Positions 8,392 to 16,865 of a DNA stretch of 32,000 nt are shown here, one piece after another. The position numbers were made by a program, and so were the translations under genes. Source of the DNA: Promethearchaeota archaeon (GTDB lineage: Archaea > Asgardarchaeota > Lokiarchaeia > Sigyniarchaeales > Promethearchaeaceae); contig JAFGBS010000034.1 of the NCBI GenBank assembly GCA_016933055.1, positions 1 through 32,000 of the forward strand, read 5' to 3'. How positions within the stretch are numbered: position 1 is the first letter of the stretch; each line of letters starts with the position of its first letter. The notes under the pieces were generated by a model that did not search any database, was not told where the DNA came from, and saw only the letters and a list, made by a program, of their open reading frames with translations.

Positions 8392-9804
8392 ATGAAAAAA
8401 TTATCCAAAGGACAACTAATTTTATATGCGTTTGCAGGTTTCGGACCCAACTTACTAGGCACCATTCTAGGTGTTTATATGATCAATGCAGTTATAATTG
8501 AAGGTTTTGGTGCAGAAGCCCCATATTGGACTTTCGCCAATAAAACGTTAGTTGTTACTGCTGTGTTCAGCGTATTGGTACTTATTGCAAAGCTACTCGA
8601 TGGAATAACAGACATACCGTTAGCAGGTTGGACGGACTCTCTTAAGTCAAAATGGGGAAAAAGACGACCTGCTATGCTGATTGGTTTCATCCCCATGGTC
8701 CTTTCGTATATGTTGTACTGTCTGATACCAATCAATGAAGAACATAACATACTTAATACTATATATTATGGGGTATTGCTTTCGATATTTTTTACAGCCT
8801 ATACTCTGACGTTTGTAACCTATTATGGAACCTATAGCGAAGTCACATCATCTCCGGAAGAAAGGATCTTATTATCAAATTGGAAAGCATTTTTTGATAC
8901 CATACAGTATAGTGTAAGCTATGCACTCATTCCGGTATTTATTTCGCTGAAGATTAATATTCGCACGGTCTGTTTAATCTCTTCACCTTTCTTCTTAACT
9001 TTGGTATTGGTATTCTTTTTGCTAAAAGAAAAATCCACGTTACCTGAGGATATTGCAAAAGAGAAACGAGAACGCGAGAACAAGCCTGATTCGATTCCCC
9101 AAGAAGAAGATGTCGGTTTTTTTGAAAGTATTAAATTAACTGCCAAAAACAAAGGATTTATGATCTGGTTGGCAGTAATGGCTGCATTCTTTTTTGGTCT
9201 GCAATTATTCTTAGCTGGGCAAAATGTGCTAGCTTCGGGATCGATGGGATTATTAGGTTGGCAAATCGCTGTAATTAATACTTCCGCATTTGCACCTGTG
9301 CCACTTATGTTATGGATTTATCGCAAAGTAATGAAGAAAAAAGGTTTTCGGTTCGCATTTCAGACTGCTTTGTTTTCATTTGCATTAGCAATGATAACTT
9401 TCTCAGTTGCCTATGTGGAATGGATTCCGAGTGTCTGGGCTAGACTGATTATTGGAGCGATCGGAGGGACAATTGGTAGCTATGGAATAGGAGCATTTTT
9501 CAGTGCACCGTATGTCATCCCCTCACAAATGGCTGCTGAGGAATTAAAAGCCACAGGAAAAAGTCATCCCTCTATGTATTTTGCGATGCAAGGATTTTTC
9601 AATGCGATTGTTGCAGCAATTAGTACGAGTGTCGTATGGCTAAATATTCGAGAATTAACCGTTGATGGTGAAGTTTTCTTTGGAGTTCACCTTATGCCAT
9701 ATATAGTTGCGGCTGCTTGTGCTCTATCCATTATTCTCGCTTTCTTTTTACCCAAATCGTTTAGTCGACTGGGACGAGAGAAAGATGTTAACTTGAGTGA
9801 ATAA
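8392..9804 (+). CDS. MFS transporter, glycoside-pentoside-hexuronide (GPH)-like
   Basis: About 12 hydrophobic segments; AKLLDGITDIPLAGWTDSLKSKWGKRRP motif typical of GPH symporters; 11 nt after the amidohydrolase stop. Confidence 0.88.
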   Translation: MKKLSKGQLILYAFAGFGPNLLGTILGVYMINAVIIEGFGAEAPYWTFANKTLVVTAVFSVLVLIAKLLDGITDIPLAGWTDSLKSKWGKRRPAMLIGFIPMVLSYMLYCLIPINEEHNILNTIYYGVLLSIFFTAYTLTFVTYYGTYSEVTSSPEERILLSNWKAFFDTIQYSVSYALIPVFISLKINIRTVCLISSPFFLTLVLVFFLLKEKSTLPEDIAKEKRERENKPDSIPQEEDVGFFESIKLTAKNKGFMIWLAVMAAFFFGLQLFLAGQNVLASGSMGLLGWQIAVINTSAFAPVPLMLWIYRKVMKKKGFRFAFQTALFSFALAMITFSVAYVEWIPSVWARLIIGAIGGTIGSYGIGAFFSAPYVIPSQMAAEELKATGKSHPSMYFAMQGFFNAIVAAISTSVVWLNIRELTVDGEVFFGVHLMPYIVAAACALSIILAFFLPKSFSRLGREKDVNLSE

Positions 9805-9807
9805 CTA

Positions 9808-9831
9808 TTTTTTTCATTCTTTTTTCCTTTC
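9808..9831 (+). terminator. Probable archaeal oligo-T terminator of the amidohydrolase-MFS operon
   Basis: T7 and T6 runs immediately after the MFS stop codon. Confidence 0.5.
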
Positions 9832-10059
9832 ACCAATTACTAAAATCGGCAGTTTTATGGAAAGTTCTTCCTCATTTCTCATAATGTCCTATCTTCATCA
9901 GATATAATAATACTGCCATTATTTCCGATCCATGTCATACTATTAAATAACAAGGGCATCTAATAATATGAATCCCTTAAACTCATTTGCCTTCACAAGC
10001 CAATAAGAATATCTGATTAATTTATAGGGTGAAGATAAAAAGAAAAGGGAGAATTTTAT

Positions 10060-11646
10060 CTATGGACGAGGTACTAGTAAATCTCCACCATCAGTAAGCC
10101 AGTTTAAATCGACTTTGACAAATGTAAGAGTTTCGCGGTAGTCATTTTTTCCTGTCTCAAATAAGATACAAATTGTTTTATCAGAGAGAATAGCAATTTG
10201 TGAGTAAGCGGATGGTCCTTCATATACCAATTTTGCTACTGGCCATGTTAATCCTTCATCATAACTCATCCGAAGTGTTAAATGACCTCTTGCATTTTGA
10301 GTTGGATTGGAGAATAGCACACGATTTTGCATGTAAGTAACATTATCAGTAAATCGCATTATTGACCCTTGGGTACTTGATGCCGGTAAATCTTCTTCAT
10401 AGTACCACTCTTCCCATGTTTCTCCACCATCATTACTCCAAGCCATAATCCTATAACTTCCTAGGCGGGATCTACAATTAAATACCAGAGAGGAATTCAC
10501 ACTTTCAAAAGCTTGAGGTTCAGAACCTCTGCCTACATATTCACCTTTTTGCCAAGTAACTCCATGGTCATCGCTATAAATTGCACATGCACCCCCTACA
10601 GAGGTTGGAATTATTAGTCTTCCAGTTGACATTTGAATACCATTTCCAGGTCCTGTCGCACATCTACTTATTAATCCTAATTCTTGAGTTAAATTTCGAG
10701 GTGTTGACCATGTTTCCCCAAAATCAGAGCTATTCATGATATGCATGCTCTGATAATCAATACAAAAAGGTAACCACACCATTCCAGTATCGTTATCATA
10801 TAAAGGACATGGATTGTGTACTGTATGCACTCCAACATCCTGAATTATTTGAATTGGACTCCACGTGTCTCCACCATCAATGCTTTTTTTCATAACAATG
10901 TTAATATCCCCCAGATCAGAAAATCCGTTTTCTCGAGATTCGCAGAACGCAAGTAATGTATCATTTGGCAATACAATCATAGAAGGTATTCGGTATCCTC
11001 TACTGGGTTCTTCATTTTCTATAAATAGGGGTTGATGAATAACCCCTTCGGTCCATTGAGGGTTGTTGAATAACATCACTCCGCCAAAATAACCAAAAAT
11101 GAATAGGAATGTAAATCCCCCTGCTGTTAATCCTCGGAGTAATCGAGGGACTTTTTTCAATTTTATTGCTTCTACATAGAATTTAAGACTCCCAATAAGG
11201 AATAGCCCACCATACCCAAAGAATGGAATTGAAAGAAATGTAATGACAATTGGTGGAAATCCTCCCGCTACACCTGCAGAAAGGATTAAAAATGTCCTAT
11301 AAAGGAGAAATGCAGCAGCAATGTTCCAAAATGACCAAAATACTACCCAAACTAAACGTAAATGTTTATTCTTTATTAGATCGATTCCAAGTCCTCGAAA
11401 TCTTTTGGATTTCAGGCTAATAACTGTCATAATAAGGCTATAAAGAATACCAATCAAGAGAATTGCTGCAAATGTAGGTAAAATCCAGATGGATTGAGAT
11501 ACTAAAAGAAATTCTCCGCTATATGAATCCATCAGCAAGTAGACAATGAAAGTAAAAATAATCGAAAATAATAATTGTATACAAGAAACCACTATATCCC
11601 ATTTGAAAATCCGAGCGTTCGGATTCCTAAGTTCCATTTTTTTCAT
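10060..11646 (-). CDS. Exo-alpha-sialidase (GH33-like) with N-terminal polytopic membrane anchor
   Basis: YRIP motif; five Asp-boxes (SIDGGDTW, SSDFGETW, SDDHGVTW, SNDGGETW, SYDEGLTW); candidate catalytic Glu (SEPQ), Arg (NCR, NARG) and Tyr (SAYS); about 5 TM segments in the first ~190 aa. Confidence 0.88.
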   Translation of the reverse strand: MKKMELRNPNARIFKWDIVVSCIQLLFSIIFTFIVYLLMDSYSGEFLLVSQSIWILPTFAAILLIGILYSLIMTVISLKSKRFRGLGIDLIKNKHLRLVWVVFWSFWNIAAAFLLYRTFLILSAGVAGGFPPIVITFLSIPFFGYGGLFLIGSLKFYVEAIKLKKVPRLLRGLTAGGFTFLFIFGYFGGVMLFNNPQWTEGVIHQPLFIENEEPSRGYRIPSMIVLPNDTLLAFCESRENGFSDLGDINIVMKKSIDGGDTWSPIQIIQDVGVHTVHNPCPLYDNDTGMVWLPFCIDYQSMHIMNSSDFGETWSTPRNLTQELGLISRCATGPGNGIQMSTGRLIIPTSVGGACAIYSDDHGVTWQKGEYVGRGSEPQAFESVNSSLVFNCRSRLGSYRIMAWSNDGGETWEEWYYEEDLPASSTQGSIMRFTDNVTYMQNRVLFSNPTQNARGHLTLRMSYDEGLTWPVAKLVYEGPSAYSQIAILSDKTICILFETGKNDYRETLTFVKVDLNWLTDGGDLLVPRP

Positions 11647-11933
11647 AAATTCACCAATCTATTTACTCTGACAGTTCTCTCTTTGATATTCTTTATAAAA
11701 ACTCTCCTAAATTCCATTTCAAACACAGACAAATGGTAATTAAAAAACCAACTAAAGAAAATGTTACCGGAAGTATCAGATATGCGGTTTTGTGATAGAA
11801 AAGTAATAAGAAGAACTTTCGGAAGATTTTGAATGTGTCTATTGCAGGGATAATATATGTAAATGTGAATGGAAGCCCGTATCTAACAAGGAGAGAACAA
11901 TATAGAAAAAAATAGATTTAAGATTGAATTATA

Positions 11934-13262
11934 TTATATACTCTGGAACTTAGTTCTGCCCGTTCCCCAAACACCAATCGCTTTTGCTAATTCTTCGTGA
12001 TCCTTTGCATATTCTTTTGCAGGAATCCCTTTCATCGCCGCATCGATTGCTTGACGTAATGATCGAGCTCCAGCTTCTGGACCGTCAGGATGGGCGTGAA
12101 CCCCTCCACCCGAGCCGATCATGACATCTTTACCGCAATCTTTGATGGTTTTCTCTATCATTCCGGCCGTAATCCCTCCACTCGGCATTGGCATTGTGGG
12201 TTTAATATTCTGAAGTGGGTAGGTGAGTTCCTTGATGTTCATAAAGAACCGCTCATCAACTACAATTGCTTTTCCATAAGGAGCAGGCAGTACTATTGAG
12301 TCAGCTCCACATAATCGGGGAATTTTTCCCAGAGTTAGGTTACTGGCAACACCAGACCAAGGATCTTGATACCACGTTCCAGCGAAGTCCATATGCGCAA
12401 GGATCGGCAATTTGATGGATGGATCTTCTGCGATTGCTCGTAACATGGATAAACCGGCCGGCAAGTAGTTAATTAAAAGACCGTTTCCACCCATTTCCTG
12501 TACTTTATTTGCATTTTCTATAATATCTGGATAACCATCGCTTATACCAATCGTGTATATCTTCTTCTCGCCCGTTTCGCTTGCAGCTTTATCTGCAGCC
12601 TCCATAACCATGGATAAACGATCCTCCAGAGTGTTAAACTCTGCATCTGCAATCAATTCATCGTCTTTCACTACATCACAACCGCCTAAAAAGGCTTTGT
12701 AAGCGAGGTCTGCAGCAACTCCACAACTGTGACCGGTGCATGGCTTAATCATATTGTTCAGAATTGGTCTATCTGTTACACCCAACAATTTTTGAAATCC
12801 TTGAATTCCGTATTTTGGACCCTTAAATAATTTAAGGACCTTCTTGGGGAGTTGAAAGTCGACAAGCTTTAACTTCCCCCCCATGCTTATATTTCCGTAG
12901 ATAGCCGTGAACATAAGCGGAAAATTGAATTTTCCTTTACTGTTTATCATATTAGTAACGGGAAACGCAATTCTGAATACATAATAGCGCAATGCATTTT
13001 TATCTACTTCCACTTCATATTCGAAATTGGGAATTTCATAGCAGCCTAAGACTTTAGCAATGTGTTCTTTACGAACTTGTTCCGTCTCTTCAGGAACCCG
13101 GATCCATGTTCCTGTGCTTTGTTCAATGGCAGCGAATTGTGCCAGAGTAGTTGCTTCCATTTTTGAACTTAGTGCAGCTGTGTATGTCGCAATAATATAT
13201 TTCTCTCTATCTATTCCATCTTCTAACGCCTTTGGGGTTGCTTCTAAATCTTCTGTTTTCAT
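11934..13262 (-). CDS. RuBisCO-like protein (form IV, RLP)
   Basis: AIEQSTGTW, YGNI, KPCTG, KDDE, AHMDFAG, PSGG, GGGVHAHPDG. Lacks the K177, R295 and H327 equivalents needed for RuBP carboxylation. AGGAG SD upstream. Confidence 0.92.
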   Translation of the reverse strand: MKTEDLEATPKALEDGIDREKYIIATYTAALSSKMEATTLAQFAAIEQSTGTWIRVPEETEQVRKEHIAKVLGCYEIPNFEYEVEVDKNALRYYVFRIAFPVTNMINSKGKFNFPLMFTAIYGNISMGGKLKLVDFQLPKKVLKLFKGPKYGIQGFQKLLGVTDRPILNNMIKPCTGHSCGVAADLAYKAFLGGCDVVKDDELIADAEFNTLEDRLSMVMEAADKAASETGEKKIYTIGISDGYPDIIENANKVQEMGGNGLLINYLPAGLSMLRAIAEDPSIKLPILAHMDFAGTWYQDPWSGVASNLTLGKIPRLCGADSIVLPAPYGKAIVVDERFFMNIKELTYPLQNIKPTMPMPSGGITAGMIEKTIKDCGKDVMIGSGGGVHAHPDGPEAGARSLRQAIDAAMKGIPAKEYAKDHEELAKAIGVWGTGRTKFQSI

Positions 13263-13283
13263 AGTGGTTATTTCTCCTTTCTT

Positions 13284-13300
13284 TCTTATATCATATAAGA
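13284..13300. promoter_or_regulatory. Palindrome TCTTATA-TCA-TATAAGA upstream of RLP (candidate operator over the TATA region)
   Basis: Perfect 7-3-7 inverted repeat 22-38 nt upstream of the RLP start. Confidence 0.4.
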
Positions 13301-13676
13301 GGAATCAAGTATACATTCGATTGTGAAATTATAACAGTTTTTGAAATGCAACTTCAATTTCATGCTTCTTTTGTCTGAAAACGTAAGTTATTGTTAAAAA
13401 ATTAAACAATAATGATCATTCTTTTGAAAGAATCTTATTATGTTAGGGATATCTACGCATCTTCTAATAAAAAAAACACTAATTGAGGTTGCAGAAAGGA
13501 AGAACACCGCAAAATAATTCCAGAACGTATATCCAACGAATTTCCGCATAATTATAAAAACTAACCGAGCTAATTCTTCGTTCGGGAACAGCCCGTACGA
13601 TTTTATTCATGGAATTAAGTAGATTTTTCAAACGTATTCACCTTCGTTTTTTATACTATGAATAATAGAGGTACCT

Positions 13677-14642
13677 ATGGTTAATTTCGAAGATGTGGAA
13701 CAAGCGTATCATCGAATAAAGCAATACGTGAACCACACTCCTGTCATGACTTCCCGCACCTTAAACGAAATAGTTGAAGCAAATGTGTATCTAAAATGCG
13801 AAAATTTCCAAAGAGTGGGCGCATTCAAACCCCGGGGGGCGTTGAACAAAATTCTGCAATTAAGTAACGAGGAAAAATCTCGCGGAATAGTGACGCATTC
13901 TTCGGGGAATCATGCTCAAGCGGTCGCTCTTGCTGGCAAACTGCTTGGAATCAAAACCGTGGTTGTAATGCCAGAAAATGCACCACAAGTAAAAGTGGAC
14001 GCAACAAAGGGGTATGGTGCCGAAGTGGTTCGTTGTGATAATAATACGGAATCCAGAGTTCGAACTGCAGAACAATTGGGAGAAAAGCATGGATATACAC
14101 TGGTTCATGCCTATGATGATTATAATATTATTGCGGGAGCGGGAACTGCCGCATACGAACTGATAAAAGAAGTAGGAAAATTAGATTATATTTTCTTTCC
14201 GATTGGTGGAGGAGGACTTGCGAGTGGCACTATAATTGCATCTAAAGGAATGATTCCTGATATTGAAATTATTGGAGTAGAACCCGAGAAAGCGGATGAT
14301 GCGTTTCGATCGCTTCGAGATAATGTTATTTACCCGAGTCCTTATCCAAACACTATCGCTGATGGACTGCGTACACAGTTGAGTGAAAAAACTTTTGGAA
14401 TTATTAAGAAATATAATACCAAAATCATCACCGTCACTGAAAATGAGATTGTGGATGCAATGAAATTTCTTTGGGAAAGAATGAAAATCGTAGTTGAACC
14501 TTCCGGAGCAGTTCCACTTGCGGGAATTCTCAAATTGGAAGAAAATTTAAGGAAAAAACAAGTAGGTGGCATTATTAGTGGTGGAAATGTGGAGTTAAAT
14601 GACTTTTTTAAAATCTTTTACGACAAAATTTCACTCACCTAA
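13677..14642 (+). CDS. PLP-dependent threonine/serine dehydratase family protein (short form, no ACT domain; serine racemase-like)
   Basis: LKCENFQRVGAFKPRGA (PLP lysine), SSGNHAQAVA, PIGGGGL, TIADGL, VEPSGA, SGGN. Confidence 0.92.
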   Translation: MVNFEDVEQAYHRIKQYVNHTPVMTSRTLNEIVEANVYLKCENFQRVGAFKPRGALNKILQLSNEEKSRGIVTHSSGNHAQAVALAGKLLGIKTVVVMPENAPQVKVDATKGYGAEVVRCDNNTESRVRTAEQLGEKHGYTLVHAYDDYNIIAGAGTAAYELIKEVGKLDYIFFPIGGGGLASGTIIASKGMIPDIEIIGVEPEKADDAFRSLRDNVIYPSPYPNTIADGLRTQLSEKTFGIIKKYNTKIITVTENEIVDAMKFLWERMKIVVEPSGAVPLAGILKLEENLRKKQVGGIISGGNVELNDFFKIFYDKISLT

Positions 14643-14710
14643 TTCTATATTTTCATTCAGAATTGATAAGAAATATTTAAGTTGAAAATTGGTGTTTTCC
14701 TCTTAAGATT

Positions 14711-15244
14711 GTGAATTCTACTAATACCAGTGATATACCTAAACTAGACCAAAAGATTGACGATTTTACTCAAAATTTACCAGAATCCTTAAGAAATGCA
14801 CTATATCAGTGTATTAGTTGCGGAAAGTGTGTAGCAGCATGCACTGCCGCACGTGTATCGGATTTTAATTCACGTTTAATTGTTGCGAAAGTTATCGATA
14901 AGGATGAAAGCGTTCTAACAGATGAAATGCTGTGGAAATGCTTCTTATGCCATCAATGTGCTATGTTATGCCCAAAAAAAGATATGGATTTGCCGGATCT
15001 TATTTATCGTCTTCGTCAGATCTCCATTCAAAAAGGAGTTGCTCCCTTATCTCTAAAAAAATTAGATAATTGGTTATATCGTTTTTTTGAATCGGGCAAA
15101 ATAGCAGGACCCAATAGTGTTTCGGAAGAAAGAACGGAACGATTGAAAAAAGTTGCAGAAATTTCTGGCGTAAATGTATATAAACAATGTATCGAAGAAT
15201 TGGAAAATGCTGATGAAATTGAAGATGCTGAGGAGAAAGGATGA
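14711..15244 (+). CDS. hdrC: Heterodisulfide reductase subunit C-like 2x[4Fe-4S] protein
   Basis: CISCGKCVAAC and WKCFLCHQCAMLCP motifs; adjacent to a CCG-domain gene. Confidence 0.8.
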   Translation: MNSTNTSDIPKLDQKIDDFTQNLPESLRNALYQCISCGKCVAACTAARVSDFNSRLIVAKVIDKDESVLTDEMLWKCFLCHQCAMLCPKKDMDLPDLIYRLRQISIQKGVAPLSLKKLDNWLYRFFESGKIAGPNSVSEERTERLKKVAEISGVNVYKQCIEELENADEIEDAEEKG

Positions 15245-15245
15245 T

Positions 15246-16226
15246 ATGCAACAATTAGATAAGGACCCTCTTGCACTCTTTGATAATTTGAAGACGTGGC
15301 TTTCTAACCAAAATATGTATGTATTCTCGGGATGTGCTGAGGAAAAATATCCAGGTATTAAAAGAGGTCTGAAATTCATTGGAAATACCATTTTGAAGCA
15401 AAATCTATATAGTTATGAGCAGCAATCGTGTTGTTCAGGTCCCCTTACAAAAATGGGATTTGGTGATCAATATTCTCTGAGTATGTATACACAAGAAAAC
15501 CTTTCTCTCCGTGAACATAATGAAACTGTTATGTTGACCTCGTGCAATGGCTGTTATTCCTATATGATTAAATCTAACAAAATGATTACTGACATCCCTT
15601 CGGTAATTTATGCATCCGAAACCGAAAATTATAACCGCCCGTTACTGTTGCATGCAATTGAATATATATCTACTTGGTTTCGAAGCTTATTTCCGTTGAT
15701 TAAATACTCGCTTGAAAAGGTGAAGTTCGTAACCCAATATGGTTGTCATTATATCAATCAATATGAATTATCCAAGGAATTATCATTTAGGAATCTCTAT
15801 GCTCAATATCGCAATCTGAAATGGTATTATAACTCAATACCTCGATATTTAGAAGATATTACTAAAATCCTTCGCAGTAAAATCATTGACTATCCCGAAT
15901 ACATATTATGTTGTGGAGGTAGTACACCACAACGACAAATAAACGAAGATAATGCGATATCAATTGCCATGAAGAAATTTTCAAGCATACATTCCCTTAA
16001 AGAGAAACCTGATGCAATTCTCACGATTTGTCCCTTATGCATGTTTTGGATGGAGGATAGTCAGCTACTTCCAGAAGTAAAAAACACCTACCCGGATCCC
16101 ATACCTATAATTCATATTAATGAATTACTGGCTATAGCACTAGGCGATGAAGAAACTTTATCTCATGCACAAACTACTCACAAAATCAGTTTAAAACCGC
16201 TTCTTGAGAAAATTGTGATAAAATAA
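15246..16226 (+). CDS. hdrB: Heterodisulfide reductase subunit B-like CCG-domain protein
   Basis: FSGC, QSCCSG, TSCNGCY, YGCH, LCCGG, TICPLC. ATG 15246 lies 1 nt after the hdrC stop. Confidence 0.8.
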   Translation: MQQLDKDPLALFDNLKTWLSNQNMYVFSGCAEEKYPGIKRGLKFIGNTILKQNLYSYEQQSCCSGPLTKMGFGDQYSLSMYTQENLSLREHNETVMLTSCNGCYSYMIKSNKMITDIPSVIYASETENYNRPLLLHAIEYISTWFRSLFPLIKYSLEKVKFVTQYGCHYINQYELSKELSFRNLYAQYRNLKWYYNSIPRYLEDITKILRSKIIDYPEYILCCGGSTPQRQINEDNAISIAMKKFSSIHSLKEKPDAILTICPLCMFWMEDSQLLPEVKNTYPDPIPIIHINELLAIALGDEETLSHAQTTHKISLKPLLEKIVIK

Positions 16227-16227
16227 A

Positions 16228-16851
16228 TTAGTCATGAACTTGTTTTTGAACTAGCACAAATAGATGTTTACTGTTCTCATCAAGGCTATCTCTCACTAAT
16301 TTTGACCATATTATCGTAAAATTTGCTTTTTTTAGCAATGATATATAAGTGTCTCCGTCGAATCCGCTCCAATACATAGTTGTGCCAAAATAATCCGTAA
16401 AAATCGACTGGGGGTCATCCTCGCTGTGTAAACTCATCAATGTAATACCGTTGGGTTTCAAAATTCGAAACATAGTAGTGAACAGCGGAAAATGTTCTTC
16501 TCTAGGAACATGGATAATCGAATAATAAGCTAAAACGGCATCGAAAAATTCATCTGGAAAATCCAATTTTGCCATATCTTTACACATGAATACTGCTTTA
16601 GGGACATTCTTTTTCGCTAGTTGTATTTGCTTAGGTGAAATATCAATCCCAACTACCTCAAATTTTTCACTGAGATATTTTGTAAAAGGGATTCCTCCTC
16701 CACAACCCAAATCTAGCACTTTTCCATTCTGTGGAATATAACGGCAAAATTCAGGGAGAAAGGACATTTCTGGAAGAGTTTCATGACGTATAGAGCTATA
16801 GATACCTCCCACAGCGTTATATCCTGCCTTAACGATTTCTTTCGGATCCAT
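16228..16851 (-). CDS. Class I SAM-dependent methyltransferase
   Basis: VLDLGCGGG, VGIDIS, FDAVLAYYSIIHV, LKPNG. ATG 16851 avoids overlap with the upstream gene. Confidence 0.92.
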   Translation of the reverse strand: MDPKEIVKAGYNAVGGIYSSIRHETLPEMSFLPEFCRYIPQNGKVLDLGCGGGIPFTKYLSEKFEVVGIDISPKQIQLAKKNVPKAVFMCKDMAKLDFPDEFFDAVLAYYSIIHVPREEHFPLFTTMFRILKPNGITLMSLHSEDDPQSIFTDYFGTTMYWSGFDGDTYISLLKKANFTIIWSKLVRDSLDENSKHLFVLVQKQVHD

Positions 16852-16865
16852 ATTGACATATCTCC

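Noticed and set aside
11934-13262. Bona fide CO2-fixing RuBisCO (form III)
   Set aside because: K177, R295 and H327 equivalents are substituted.
15242-15244. Selenocysteine read-through at TGA stops (hdrC 15242-15244; Fn3 remnant 3643-3645 and 3864-3866)
   Set aside because: The hdrC TGA is followed 1 nt later by the hdrB start. The Fn3 TGAs are not at Cys-equivalent redox positions and coincide with a frameshift and other decay.
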